Positions 6,800 through 16,637 of a stretch of 18,934 nt of DNA are shown here, piece by piece (position 1 is the first letter of the stretch; each line of letters starts with the position of its first letter). The stretch is taken from positions 1-18,934 of the IMG/VR virus record IMGVR_UViG_2690316233_000002; one strand, 5' to 3'. The notes beneath the pieces were generated by a model, which saw only the letters and a program-made list of their open reading frames with translations, ran no database searches and was not told the DNA's origin. The stretch comes from a virus (lineage: Duplodnaviria > Heunggongvirae > Uroviricota > Caudoviricetes). The position numbers and the translations under genes are program-made.

Positions 6800-8208
6800 C
6801 CTCGATTAATCCTATCTTTGAACCGTTCATTGAGGCGCATCGCTACAAAGTCGCCAAAGGCGGTCGAGGTAGCGGTAAGTCATGGGCAATTGCGAGGCTG
6901 CTTGTTGAAGCGGCGCGTCGGCAGCCTGTGCGTATTCTCTGCGCTCGTGAACTGCAAAACAGTATCAGCGATTCGGTAATCCGGTTGCTTGAAGATACCA
7001 TCGAGCGTGAAGGGTATTCGGCTGAGTTTGAAATTCAGCGTTCAATGATTCGTCATCTCGGATCGAATGCTGAGTTCATGTTCTACGGCATCAAAAACAA
7101 CCCGACGAAGATTAAATCGCTCGAAGGCATTGATATCTGCTGGGTGGAAGAAGCGGAAGCGGTAACGAAGGAATCATGGGATATCCTGATACCAACCATC
7201 CGTAAGCCGTTCTCTGAAATATGGGTGAGCTTTAACCCGAAAAACATCCTCGACGATACCTATCAGCGATTCGTCGTAAACCCTCCTGATGATATTTGTC
7301 TGCTGACGGTGAACTACACCGACAACCCGCACTTTCCTGAAGTTCTCCGCCTGGAGATGGAAGAGTGTAAACGCAGAAATCCGACCCTGTATCGTCACAT
7401 CTGGCTTGGTGAGCCAGTGAGCGCAAGTGATATGGCAATCATCAAACGTGAATGGCTTGAAGCTGCTACCGATGCGCACAAGAAACTCGGATGGAAAGCG
7501 AAAGGCGCGGTTGTTTCTGCGCATGACCCATCAGACACAGGGCCAGATGCTAAAGGTTACGCATCGCGTCACGGTTCGGTAGTTAAGCGCATTGCCGAAG
7601 GCCTGCTGATGGACATCAACGAGGGCGCTGACTGGGCTACTTCTCTGGCGATTGAAGACGGCGCTGACCACTACTTGTGGGATGGTGATGGTGTTGGTGC
7701 AGGTCTACGCAGACAGACAACGGAAGCGTTCTCCGGTAAGAAAATCACCGCCACGATGTTCAAGGGCAGCGAATCGCCATTCGATGAGGATGCGCCTTAT
7801 CAGGCCGGAGCATGGGCTGATGAAGTCGTGCAGGGCGACAACGTTCGCACTATTGGCGATGTATTCCGCAATAAGCGAGCGCAATTCTATTACGCGCTGG
7901 CTGACAGGCTGTATCTGACATATCGGGCGGTTGTTCACGGTGAGTATGCAGACCCCGACGACATGCTGAGTTTCGACAAAGAAGCGATAGGCGAGAAGAT
8001 GCTGGAGAAGCTGTTTGCAGAACTGACGCAGATTCAGCGCAAATTCAATAACAACGGGAAGCTTGAGCTAATGACTAAGGTCGAAATGAAGCAGAAGCTC
8101 GGTATTCCATCTCCTAACCTGGCTGATGCGTTGATGATGTGTATGCATTGCCCGGCATTGGCCCGCGAAGAAACAGAAATATACGTTCCCTCATCCTCCG
8201 GTTGGTAA
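6796..8208 (+). CDS. Terminase large subunit (headful-packaging ATPase/nuclease type)
   Basis: 470 aa with Walker A KGGRGSGKS and Walker B-like ICWVEEAE; length equals the Sf6 large terminase as recalled. Confidence 0.95.
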   Translation: MTSINPIFEPFIEAHRYKVAKGGRGSGKSWAIARLLVEAARRQPVRILCARELQNSISDSVIRLLEDTIEREGYSAEFEIQRSMIRHLGSNAEFMFYGIKNNPTKIKSLEGIDICWVEEAEAVTKESWDILIPTIRKPFSEIWVSFNPKNILDDTYQRFVVNPPDDICLLTVNYTDNPHFPEVLRLEMEECKRRNPTLYRHIWLGEPVSASDMAIIKREWLEAATDAHKKLGWKAKGAVVSAHDPSDTGPDAKGYASRHGSVVKRIAEGLLMDINEGADWATSLAIEDGADHYLWDGDGVGAGLRRQTTEAFSGKKITATMFKGSESPFDEDAPYQAGAWADEVVQGDNVRTIGDVFRNKRAQFYYALADRLYLTYRAVVHGEYADPDDMLSFDKEAIGEKMLEKLFAELTQIQRKFNNNGKLELMTKVEMKQKLGIPSPNLADALMMCMHCPALAREETEIYVPSSSGW

Positions 8209-8210
8209 AC

Positions 8211-10337
8211 ATGGCAGAGACATTAGAGAAAAAACATGAGCGGATCATGCTCAGGTTTGACCGCGCCTATTCTCCACAGCAGGAAGTGCGCGAAAAGTGC
8301 ATTGAAGCTACGAGGTTTGCTCGTGTCCCCGGAGGTCAATGGGAAGGAGCAACGGCGGCTGGAACTAAGCTTGATGAGCAGTTCGAGAAGTATCCTAAGT
8401 TTGAAATCAATAAGGTAGCAACTGAACTTAACCGCATCATTGCAGAATACCGCAATAACAGAATCACCGTTAAGTTTCGTCCTGGTGACAGAGAGGCAAG
8501 CGAAGAGTTAGCCAATAAATTAAATGGTCTGTTCCGTGCTGACTACGAAGAAACTGATGGCGGTGAGGCTTGCGATAATGCATTTGACGACGCTGCTACT
8601 GGTGGTTTCGGTTGCTTCCGTTTGACGTCGATGCTGGTCAATGAATACGACCCCATGGACGATCGTCAGCGTATTGCTATTGAACCGATATACGACCCGT
8701 CGCGCTCTGTGTGGTTTGACCCTGACGCTAAGAAATACGACAAATCTGACGCGTTGTGGGCGTTCTGCATGTATTCGTTGTCACCTGAAAAATATGAGGC
8801 TGAATACGGAAAGAAACCTCCTGCTTCTCTGGACGTAACGTCTATGACCAGTTGGGAATATGACTGGTTTGATGCAGATGTTATTTACATAGCGAAGTAT
8901 TACGAAGTTCGTAAAGAGTCTGTTGATGTTATCAGTTATCGACATCCAATCACTGGAGAGATTGCAACATACGACAGTGATCAGGTCGAAGATATTGAAG
9001 ATGAACTGGCAATAGCTGGATTTCAGGAAGTTGCAAGGCGCTCAGTGAAGCGCCGTCGTGTGTATGTATCAGTAGTGGATGGTGATGGTTTCCTTGAGAA
9101 ACCTCGACGTATTCCTGGTGAGCATATCCCCCTCATCCCGGTTTATGGAAAACGCTGGTTCATTGATGACATTGAGCGTGTCGAAGGGCACATTGCAAAA
9201 GCAATGGATCCACAGCGTTTGTACAACCTTCAGGTTTCAATGCTGGCTGATACTGCAGCACAAGACCCCGGTCAGATCCCTATAGTTGGCATGGAGCAAA
9301 TTCGTGGACTTGAGAAGCACTGGGAGGCTCGCAACAAGAAACGCCCAGCGTTCTTGCCGTTGCGCGAAGTGAGAGATAAATCTGGCAACATTATCGCTGG
9401 AGCTACCCCGGCAGGATATACACAGCCTGCGGTTATGAATCAGGCATTGGCTGCATTACTACAGCAAACCAGTGCTGATATTCAGGAGGTTACAGGCGGC
9501 AGTCAGGCCATGCAGCAGATGCCAAGTAATATTGCTCAGGAAACGGTTAACAACTTGATGAACAGAGCAGATATGGCTTCGTTTATCTATCTGGACAATA
9601 TGGCGAAAAGTCTTAAACGCGCTGGTGAAGTATGGCTGTCAATGGCGCGTGAAGTGTACGGTTCAGAACGTGAAGTGCGCATCGTTAACGAAGATGGAAG
9701 TGATGATATCGCTGTCCTGAGCGCACAGGTTGTTGACAGGCAAACAGGGGCTGTTGTTGCGTTAAATGACCTTTCTGTCGGTCGATACGATGTGACGGTT
9801 GATGTTGGACCAAGCTACACAGCACGACGTGATGCAACGGTTTCTGTACTGACAAATGTCCTTAGCTCTATGCTTCCAACAGACCCAATGCGCCCGGCAA
9901 TTCAGGGTATTATTCTGGACAATATCGATGGCGAAGGCCTTGATGACTTCAAAGAGTACAACCGAAACCAACTGCTGATATCTGGTATTGCAAAACCACG
10001 CAATGAGAAAGAGCAGCAGATTGTTCAACAGGCGCAAATGGCAGCACAAAGCCAGCCAAATCCTGAAATGGTTCTCGCTCAGGCGCAAATGGTAGCAGCG
10101 CAGGCAGAAGCGCAAAAAGCAACTAACGAAACTGCTCAAACTCAAATCAAAGCATTTACTGCCCAGCAGGATGCGATGGAGAGTCAGGCAAACACTGTCT
10201 ATAAACTGGCTCAAGCCAGAAACATCGATGACAAAGCAGTGATGGAGGCAATACGCCTTCTGAAAGATGTCGCCGAGTCACAACAACAGCAATTCCAGTC
10301 ACCACCACAGTCACCGGCAGACTTAATGCCGAGTTAA
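8211..10337 (+). CDS. Portal protein (P22 gp1 / Sf6 gp3-like)
   Basis: 708 aa from ATG 8211, directly after the terminase TAA (8206-8208). Conserved blocks recalled from the P22 portal (KRRRVY, GEHIPLIPV) and a long Q/A-rich helical C-terminus. The ORF-track start at 8139 overlaps the terminase gene. Confidence 0.9.
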   Translation: MAETLEKKHERIMLRFDRAYSPQQEVREKCIEATRFARVPGGQWEGATAAGTKLDEQFEKYPKFEINKVATELNRIIAEYRNNRITVKFRPGDREASEELANKLNGLFRADYEETDGGEACDNAFDDAATGGFGCFRLTSMLVNEYDPMDDRQRIAIEPIYDPSRSVWFDPDAKKYDKSDALWAFCMYSLSPEKYEAEYGKKPPASLDVTSMTSWEYDWFDADVIYIAKYYEVRKESVDVISYRHPITGEIATYDSDQVEDIEDELAIAGFQEVARRSVKRRRVYVSVVDGDGFLEKPRRIPGEHIPLIPVYGKRWFIDDIERVEGHIAKAMDPQRLYNLQVSMLADTAAQDPGQIPIVGMEQIRGLEKHWEARNKKRPAFLPLREVRDKSGNIIAGATPAGYTQPAVMNQALAALLQQTSADIQEVTGGSQAMQQMPSNIAQETVNNLMNRADMASFIYLDNMAKSLKRAGEVWLSMAREVYGSEREVRIVNEDGSDDIAVLSAQVVDRQTGAVVALNDLSVGRYDVTVDVGPSYTARRDATVSVLTNVLSSMLPTDPMRPAIQGIILDNIDGEGLDDFKEYNRNQLLISGIAKPRNEKEQQIVQQAQMAAQSQPNPEMVLAQAQMVAAQAEAQKATNETAQTQIKAFTAQQDAMESQANTVYKLAQARNIDDKAVMEAIRLLKDVAESQQQQFQSPPQSPADLMPS

Positions 10338-10350
10338 CCAGGAGTAATCA

Positions 10351-11235
10351 ATGGAAAACGAACTGATCATCGACGGTCAGGTTATTGACCTGTCTGAAAC
10401 ACAGGAAAATGCAGAAGAAACCATCATCCAAACAGAGTCACAGCCTGAGAATGAAAGCCAGGATGACAACGGTAAAGAGGTGGAAACTGAGCCTGAAAAA
10501 ACCGAAGAGACACCAGAAGATTACGCCTTGCGTATTGGTGATGAAGAAATTCAGCTTAACGCTGACGATGATGATCACATTGACGGGCAACCTGCACCGC
10601 AATGGGTGAAAGATCTTCGCAAAGGCTTCAAAGAAACACAGAAAGAAAACCGTGAGTTGCGCCGCCAGCTTGAGGAAGCATTAGCCAAGCCAGCGGAACA
10701 TCAGCAACCACAACCAGACGCTATTCCACCAAAACCGACTCTTGAGTCGTGTGATTATGACGAACAGGCGTTTGAACAGGCATTGACTGATTGGCATGAG
10801 AAAAAAGGCCGTGTCGAACAGCAGCAGCAACAAAAACTACGTCAGCAACAGGAATACCAACAGCGTTTCCAGCAAAGGGTAGAAGCGCATAAACAACGGG
10901 CAGCCAAACTTCCTGTGAAAGATTATCAGGAAATGGAAGCCATTGTTCTTAGTGAGCTACCACCAATTCAGCAGGAAATCATCATTCACTGTGCAGACGA
11001 AGGCTCTGAACTACTCGCCTATGGCTTAGGTAAGAGCCAGCAATTACGCCAGCGTGTAGCCGCTGAGACAGATCCAATTCGCGCAGCATTCCTCTTGGGG
11101 CAGATTAGCAAACAGGTAAGCCTTGCTCCAAAACCAAAGAAAGCCATCAAGCCAGAGCCGGAAGTACGTGGTGGCGGTGCTGATGCGAAACAAGACGAAT
11201 TCAACAAATTATGCCCCGGCGCAAAAATCGAATAA
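10351..11235 (+). CDS. Scaffolding protein (P22 gp8-like)
   Basis: 294 aa between portal and coat genes. Highly acidic N-terminus, Gln/Glu-rich coiled-coil centre and a helical basic C-terminal region. AGGAG Shine-Dalgarno upstream. Confidence 0.75.
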   Translation: MENELIIDGQVIDLSETQENAEETIIQTESQPENESQDDNGKEVETEPEKTEETPEDYALRIGDEEIQLNADDDDHIDGQPAPQWVKDLRKGFKETQKENRELRRQLEEALAKPAEHQQPQPDAIPPKPTLESCDYDEQAFEQALTDWHEKKGRVEQQQQQKLRQQQEYQQRFQQRVEAHKQRAAKLPVKDYQEMEAIVLSELPPIQQEIIIHCADEGSELLAYGLGKSQQLRQRVAAETDPIRAAFLLGQISKQVSLAPKPKKAIKPEPEVRGGGADAKQDEFNKLCPGAKIE

Positions 11236-11246
11236 GGAAAAGATAA

Positions 11247-12518
11247 ATGCCTAACAATCTCGACAGTAACGTCAGTCAAATCGTTCTGAAAAAATTCCTT
11301 CCGGGTTTTATGTCAGATTTAGTTCTGGCGAAAACCGTAGACCGTCAGTTGCTGGCAGGTGAAATCAACTCCAGCACTGGCGATAGCGTTAGCTTTAAAC
11401 GTCCGCATCAATTCTCATCCCTCCGTACTCCCACTGGTGATATTTCAGGGCAAAATAAAAACAACCTGATCTCAGGTAAAGCTACGGGGCGTGTAGGTAA
11501 CTACATCACTGTTGCTGTTGAATATCAGCAACTGGAGGAAGCGATCAAGCTTAACCAGCTGGAAGAAATTCTCGCGCCGGTTCGCCAGCGAATCGTTACC
11601 GACCTTGAAACAGAGCTTGCTCACTTCATGATGAATAACGGTGCGTTGTCACTTGGTAGCCCCAATACTCCAATCACCAAATGGTCTGATGTTGCGCAGA
11701 CGGCATCTTTCCTGAAAGACCTCGGCGTTAATGAAGGTGAAAACTATGCTGTAATGGATCCATGGTCTGCACAGCGACTTGCTGATGCGCAGACTGGTTT
11801 GCATGCTTCAGATCAATTGGTTCGTACTGCATGGGAGAACGCACAGATCCCAACCAATTTTGGCGGCATTCGCGCACTGATGTCTAATGGGCTTGCCTCT
11901 CGTACGCAGGGGGCATTTGGCGGAACACTGACAGTCAAAACACAGCCAACTGTTACCTATAACGCAGTTAAAGACTCATACCAGTTCACTGTAACATTGA
12001 CCGGAGCGACAGCCAGCGTTACAGGTTTTCTGAAAGCTGGTGATCAGGTCAAATTCACCAATACCTACTGGCTGCAACAGCAGACCAAACAGGCGTTGTA
12101 TAACGGAGCCACACCAATTAGCTTCACTGCAACGGTTACTGCTGATGCTAATTCAGACAGCAGTGGCGATGTGACGGTTACGCTTTCTGGTGTTCCGATT
12201 TATGACACTACAAACCCGCAGTACAACTCTGTAAGTCGTCAGGTAGAGGCAGGCGATGCCGTATCTGTAGTAGGCACTGCTAGCCAGACAATGAAGCCAA
12301 ACCTGTTCTATAACAAGTTCTTCTGTGGACTTGGCTCTATCCCACTGCCGAAACTGCACAGTATTGATTCTGCTGTTGCAACATATGAAGGTTTCTCCAT
12401 CCGCGTACATAAATACGCAGATGGCGATGCCAACGTGCAAAAAATGCGCTTCGACTTACTGCCTGCATATGTGTGCTTTAACCCTCACATGGGCGGTCAG
12501 TTCTTCGGTAATCCGTAA
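11247..12518 (+). CDS. Major capsid (coat) protein (Sf6 gp5-like)
   Basis: 423 aa, the recalled Sf6 coat length, directly after the scaffold gene with AAGGAAAAG upstream. Followed by a strong terminator, as expected for the most abundant late product. Confidence 0.8.
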   Translation: MPNNLDSNVSQIVLKKFLPGFMSDLVLAKTVDRQLLAGEINSSTGDSVSFKRPHQFSSLRTPTGDISGQNKNNLISGKATGRVGNYITVAVEYQQLEEAIKLNQLEEILAPVRQRIVTDLETELAHFMMNNGALSLGSPNTPITKWSDVAQTASFLKDLGVNEGENYAVMDPWSAQRLADAQTGLHASDQLVRTAWENAQIPTNFGGIRALMSNGLASRTQGAFGGTLTVKTQPTVTYNAVKDSYQFTVTLTGATASVTGFLKAGDQVKFTNTYWLQQQTKQALYNGATPISFTATVTADANSDSSGDVTVTLSGVPIYDTTNPQYNSVSRQVEAGDAVSVVGTASQTMKPNLFYNKFFCGLGSIPLPKLHSIDSAVATYEGFSIRVHKYADGDANVQKMRFDLLPAYVCFNPHMGGQFFGNP

Positions 12519-12522
12519 TAAC

Positions 12523-12550
12523 AAGGGGCTTACGCCCCTTTTATGTTTTA
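12523..12550 (+). terminator. Rho-independent terminator downstream of the coat gene
   Basis: AGGGGC (12524-12529) / GCCCCT (12534-12539) GC-rich stem with a 4-nt loop, followed by TTTTATGTTTT. Confidence 0.8.
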
Positions 12551-12560
12551 AGGAAACAAT

Positions 12561-12746
12561 ATGGATCGGATGAGTGTATTCCTTGCCGCAGATAACGAAT
12601 CCGGGCATGTACAGGCCGTTATCGCAGAAAAAGACTTCCAGTTTTTCGAAAGGTTGGGCTTTGTTGCCTCAGTTGATGAATTGAAACCGACCAGTAAGCG
12701 AGGTCGTAAGGCGGCAGACAATGGCAACAGTACTGACAAAGGGTGA
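12561..12746 (+). CDS. Hypothetical small protein (61 aa) following the coat gene
   Basis: ORF with AAGGA upstream of ATG 12561; overlaps the next gene by 26 nt. No motif recognised. Confidence 0.4.
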   Translation: MDRMSVFLAADNESGHVQAVIAEKDFQFFERLGFVASVDELKPTSKRGRKAADNGNSTDKG

Positions 12747-13203
12747 GATCGTCCTTTTTGCGCTTCGTAAGTTTGCTATTGCTTCTAATGCATCGCTGAC
12801 TGATGTTGAGCCGCAATCAATTGAAGATGGTGTAAATGATCTGGAAGATATGATGTCCGAGTGGATGATTAACCCCGGCGACATTGGTTACGCTTTCGCA
12901 ACTGGAGATGATCAGCCATTACCAGATGATGAGTCAGGTCTTCCAAGAAAATACAAACACGCAGTAGGCTATCAGTTATTGCTGAGAATGCTATCTGATT
13001 ACAGCCTTGAACCAACTCAGCAAGTTCTCAGTAACGCCCAACGCTCATATGATGCCTTGATGACCGACACTCTGGTTGTTCCTTCAATGCGACGACGTGG
13101 AGATTTTCCTGTAGGGCAGGGTAATAAATATGACGTGTTCACATCTGACCGATATTATCCAGGCGATCTCCCTCTGATTGATGGCGATATCCCAAACGCA
13201 TAG
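12721..13203 (+). CDS. Head-completion / tail accessory protein (P22 gp4-like)
   Basis: 160 aa; the N-terminus (TKGEIVLFALRKFAIASNASLTDVEPQS...DLEDMMSEW) matches the P22 gp4 N-terminus as recalled. Correct position after the coat gene. Confidence 0.75.
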   Translation: MATVLTKGEIVLFALRKFAIASNASLTDVEPQSIEDGVNDLEDMMSEWMINPGDIGYAFATGDDQPLPDDESGLPRKYKHAVGYQLLLRMLSDYSLEPTQQVLSNAQRSYDALMTDTLVVPSMRRRGDFPVGQGNKYDVFTSDRYYPGDLPLIDGDIPNA

Positions 13204-13211
13204 GTGAATAA

Positions 13212-14630
13212 ATGCCTATTCAGCAACTTCCGCTTATGAAAGGTGTCGGCAAAGACTTTAGAAACGCCGACTATATCGACTATCTGCCAGTGAATATGTT
13301 GGCTACACCCAAAGAAATCCTGAACAGCAGCGGATATCTTCGCTCATTCCCGGGCATTGCCAAACGTTCTGATGTGAACGGCGTATCGCGCGGAGTTGAG
13401 TACAACATGGCGCAGAGTGCTGTTTATCGCGTGTGTGGCGGCAAGCTGTACAAAGGAGAAAGTGAAGTCGGTGATGTTGCCGGAAGTGGTCGTGTATCAA
13501 TGGCGCATGGTCGGACATCTCAGGCTGTAGGCGTTAATGGCCAACTGGTCGAGTATCGTTATGATGGCACGGTTAAAACAGTCTCAAACTGGCCTACAGA
13601 CAGAGGATTCACACAGTACGAGTTAGGTTCAGTTCGCGACATTACGCGCTTACGTGGGCGTTATGCGTGGTCAAAAGACGGAACTGATTCATGGTTTATC
13701 ACTGACCTTGAAGACGAATCGCATCCTGACCGCTACAGCGCACAATATCGCGCAGAATCGCAGCCGGACGGCATCATCGGTATCGGCACATGGCGAGACT
13801 TCATCGTCTGCTTTGGTTCATCGACGATTGAATATTTCTCCCTGACGGGTGCAACCACCGTTGGTGCTGCTTTGTATGTCGCACAGCCATCTCTTATGGT
13901 GCAGAAAGGCATTGCCGGGACTTACTGCAAAACGCCGTTTGCTGATTCGTATGCGTTCATCAGCAATCCGGCAAATGGTGCGCCGTCTGTATACATCATC
14001 GGCTCCGGTCAGGTATCACCAATCGCTAGCGCGAGCATTGAGAAAATTCTTCGCTCCTACACTGCTGATGAACTGGCTGATGGCGTGATGGAATCGTTGC
14101 GCTTTGATGCTCATGAGTTGCTGATTATCCACCTGCCGCGCCACGTCCTCGTGTATGACGCATCTTCAAGCGCCAATGGTCCGCAATGGTGTGTACTGAA
14201 AACAGGCCTGTATGACGATGTGTACCGCGCTATCGACTTCATTTACGAAGGCAATCAGATAACGTGCGGCGATAAGCTGGAATCGGTGACCGGGAAATTG
14301 CAGTTCGATATCAGTAGTCAGTATGGGCTTCAACAGGAACACCTGCTGTTTACTCCACTCTTCAAAGCAGATAACGCCAGATGCTTTGATCTGGAGGTGG
14401 AATCATCGACGGGTGTTGCTCAGTACGCTGACCGCCTGTTCCTCTCTGCAACCACTGACGGCATAAATTACGGTCGTGAGCAGATGATTGAGCAGAATGA
14501 ACCGTTCGTTTACGACAAACGCGTTTTGTGGAAGCGTGTCGGGCGAATCAGGAAAAATGTCGGCTTCAAACTTCGCGTTATCACGAAGTCACCTGTCACT
14601 CTGTCTGGCGCTCAGATAAGGATTGAGTAA
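13212..14630 (+). CDS. Head-completion / tail accessory protein (P22 gp10-like)
   Basis: 472 aa, the P22 gp10 length, positioned between the gp4-like and tail-needle genes. Assignment is mainly by size and synteny. Confidence 0.7.
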   Translation: MPIQQLPLMKGVGKDFRNADYIDYLPVNMLATPKEILNSSGYLRSFPGIAKRSDVNGVSRGVEYNMAQSAVYRVCGGKLYKGESEVGDVAGSGRVSMAHGRTSQAVGVNGQLVEYRYDGTVKTVSNWPTDRGFTQYELGSVRDITRLRGRYAWSKDGTDSWFITDLEDESHPDRYSAQYRAESQPDGIIGIGTWRDFIVCFGSSTIEYFSLTGATTVGAALYVAQPSLMVQKGIAGTYCKTPFADSYAFISNPANGAPSVYIIGSGQVSPIASASIEKILRSYTADELADGVMESLRFDAHELLIIHLPRHVLVYDASSSANGPQWCVLKTGLYDDVYRAIDFIYEGNQITCGDKLESVTGKLQFDISSQYGLQQEHLLFTPLFKADNARCFDLEVESSTGVAQYADRLFLSATTDGINYGREQMIEQNEPFVYDKRVLWKRVGRIRKNVGFKLRVITKSPVTLSGAQIRIE

Positions 14631-15478
14631 TGGCGGATTCGAATCTCAATGTGCCGGTAATCATTCAGGCTACACGGCTCGATACATCAGTCCTTCCACG
14701 CAATATCTTCTCGCAGTCGTATCTGCTTTACGTTATCGCACAGGGCACTGATGTTGGTAACGTGGCTAACAAGGCCAACGAGGCCGGACAGGGCGCTTAT
14801 GATGCACAGGTCAGGAACGATGAGCAGGATGTGATTCTCGCTGACCATGAGCAGCGAATTTCTGCTGCGGAAGCAACGCTTGTTAATCATGAGGAGCGAA
14901 TCAGCCAGGCAGAATCAACTCTTCAGGAACATGAAACACGAATAGCTCAGAATGAAAGCGATATTGCGTCGCTTGACACAAGAGTTCAGTCGCTGGAGTC
15001 GCAGGTTTCAGACCATGAAACGCGCATCGATGCTCTGGAGTATGCCACTACTCGCAAGAAGTCAGAGGTTGTTTACTCTGGCGTATCTGTAACCATCCCG
15101 ACAGCGCCTACCAACCTTGTTAGCCTGCTGAAAACGCTCACGCCGTCATCAGGAACGTTGGCACCATTCTTCGACACCGTTAACAACAAGATGGTTGTGT
15201 TCAACGAGAACAAAACCCTGTTCTTCAAGCTGTCGATTGTCGGGACGTGGCCCAGCGGAACCTCCAACAGGTCAATGCAGCTAACATTTTCCGGTTCTGT
15301 ACCTGACACACTGGTAAGCAGTCGTAACTCGGCGACAACAACCGATAACATCCTGTTAGCTACGTTCTTCAGCGTGGATAAAGACGGCTTTCTTGCCACA
15401 AATGGCAGCACGTTAACCATTCAGTCAAATGGTGCGGCGTTTACTGCCACAACCATCAAGATAATCGCGGAGCAGTGA
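14630..15478 (+). CDS. Tail needle protein (P22 gp26-like N-terminus and coiled coil, divergent C-terminal domain)
   Basis: 282 aa; N-terminus [43 protein letters not shown]... recalled as strongly similar to P22 gp26. Repeated HE-RI heptad coiled-coil segment, then a C-terminal region unlike the P22 gp26 tip. TAATG overlap with the upstream gene. Confidence 0.85.
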   Translation: MADSNLNVPVIIQATRLDTSVLPRNIFSQSYLLYVIAQGTDVGNVANKANEAGQGAYDAQVRNDEQDVILADHEQRISAAEATLVNHEERISQAESTLQEHETRIAQNESDIASLDTRVQSLESQVSDHETRIDALEYATTRKKSEVVYSGVSVTIPTAPTNLVSLLKTLTPSSGTLAPFFDTVNNKMVVFNENKTLFFKLSIVGTWPSGTSNRSMQLTFSGSVPDTLVSSRNSATTTDNILLATFFSVDKDGFLATNGSTLTIQSNGAAFTATTIKIIAEQ

Positions 15479-15933
15479 TGATTCAGTTCAAACCAACGCG
15501 AAACATCGACCTGATCGAAGCCGTGGGAAATCACCCCGACATTATCGCCGGGAGCAACAACGGTGATGGATACGACTACAAGCCTGAATGCCGTTACTTC
15601 GAGGTGAACGTGCACGGGCAGTTCGGCGGCATTGTTTACTATCAGGAGATTCAGCCTTTGACCTTTGATTGCCACGCCATGTACCTGCCAGAGGTTCGTG
15701 GATTCAGCAAGGAAATCGGGCTGGCGTTCTGGCGATACATTCTTACTAACACCACCGTTCAGTGCGTCACATCGTTCGCTGCGCGCAAATTCCGCCACGG
15801 TCAGATGTACTGCGCAATGATTGGCCTTAAGCGTGTAGGAACCATCAAGAAATACTTTAAAGGCGTGGATGACGTGACATTTTACAGCGCCACACGCGAA
15901 GAACTAATCGACTTCCTGAATCACGGGAGATAG
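15475..15933 (+). CDS. Hypothetical virion-associated protein (152 aa; positional equivalent of P22 gp14)
   Basis: ORF whose ATG overlaps the needle-gene stop (TGATG). Lies between the needle and ejection-protein genes. No motif recognised. Confidence 0.55.
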   Translation: MMIQFKPTRNIDLIEAVGNHPDIIAGSNNGDGYDYKPECRYFEVNVHGQFGGIVYYQEIQPLTFDCHAMYLPEVRGFSKEIGLAFWRYILTNTTVQCVTSFAARKFRHGQMYCAMIGLKRVGTIKKYFKGVDDVTFYSATREELIDFLNHGR

Positions 15934-15935
15934 CC

Positions 15936-16628
15936 ATGTTATATGCATTTAAACTGGGCAGAAAACTGCGCGGCGAGGAACCTTATTGCCCTGAAAAAGG
16001 CGGGAAAGGTGGCAGTTCTGATAAAAGTGCAAAGTATGCCGCAGAAGCTCAGAAGTATGCCGCAGACCTGCAAAATCAGCAGTGGCAGACGATCATGAAA
16101 AACCTTGCTCCGTTCACGCCGCTTGCGGAGCAGTATGTTAACCAGCTTCAGAACCTTTCCAGTTTAGAAGGTCAGGGACAGGCACTTAATCAGTATTACA
16201 ATTCTCAGCAGTATAAAGACCTCGCAGGTCAGGCGCGTTACCAGAGTCTTGCTGCTGCGGAGGCTACGGGAGGACTTGGTTCGACAGCCACAAGCAATCA
16301 ACTGGCTACGATCGCGCCGACTCTCGGTCAGTCTTGGTTATCAAACCAGATGAGCAATTACAACAATCTGGCAAACGTTGGGCTTGGTGCTCTGCAAGGT
16401 CAGGCAAACGCCGGTCAGACGTACGCCAACAACATGAGCAGCATTGCACAGCAAAGCGCAGCTCTTGCCGCTGCTAATGCCAATAAACCATCAAGTCTTC
16501 AGACTGCAATTAGCGGTGGCACGTCTGGTGCGATTGCCGGTGCAGGTCTTGCCAGCCTTTTGGGAACATCAACGCCTTGGGGCGCTGGCATTGGTGCTGG
16601 TATCGGATTGCTTGGCTCGTTGTTTTAA
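15936..16628 (+). CDS. Ejection (E) protein, P22 gp7-like
   Basis: 230 aa; Gln/Asn/Ala/Gly-rich low-complexity protein with a Gly/Ala-rich hydrophobic C-terminus (AIAGAGLASLLG...GIGLLGSLF). N-terminus MLYAFKLGRKLRGEE; size and position fit P22 gp7. Confidence 0.75.
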   Translation: MLYAFKLGRKLRGEEPYCPEKGGKGGSSDKSAKYAAEAQKYAADLQNQQWQTIMKNLAPFTPLAEQYVNQLQNLSSLEGQGQALNQYYNSQQYKDLAGQARYQSLAAAEATGGLGSTATSNQLATIAPTLGQSWLSNQMSNYNNLANVGLGALQGQANAGQTYANNMSSIAQQSAALAAANANKPSSLQTAISGGTSGAIAGAGLASLLGTSTPWGAGIGAGIGLLGSLF

Positions 16629-16637
16629 GGGGTAATC

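Noticed and set aside
5847-6840. ORFs 5847..6068 (-), 5995..6177 (+), 6345..6575 (-) and 6412..6840 (-)
   Set aside because: They overlap the 95-aa ORF or the small terminase gene in alternative frames or antisense; the forward genes have ribosome-binding sites and synteny support.
8139-8210. Portal ORF start at 8139
   Set aside because: The extension overlaps the terminase 3' end; ATG 8211 directly follows the terminase TAA and gives the expected 708-aa portal.
7174-10609. Internal and antisense ORFs within the terminase, portal and scaffold genes (7174..7524 -, 7232..7438 -, 7652..7918 +, 7705..7938 -, 8236..8418 +, 8641..8838 +, 9079..9285 +, 9762..10214 -, 10385..10609 +)
   Set aside because: All are nested in well-supported large structural genes in other frames, as expected by chance in long GC-balanced coding sequence.
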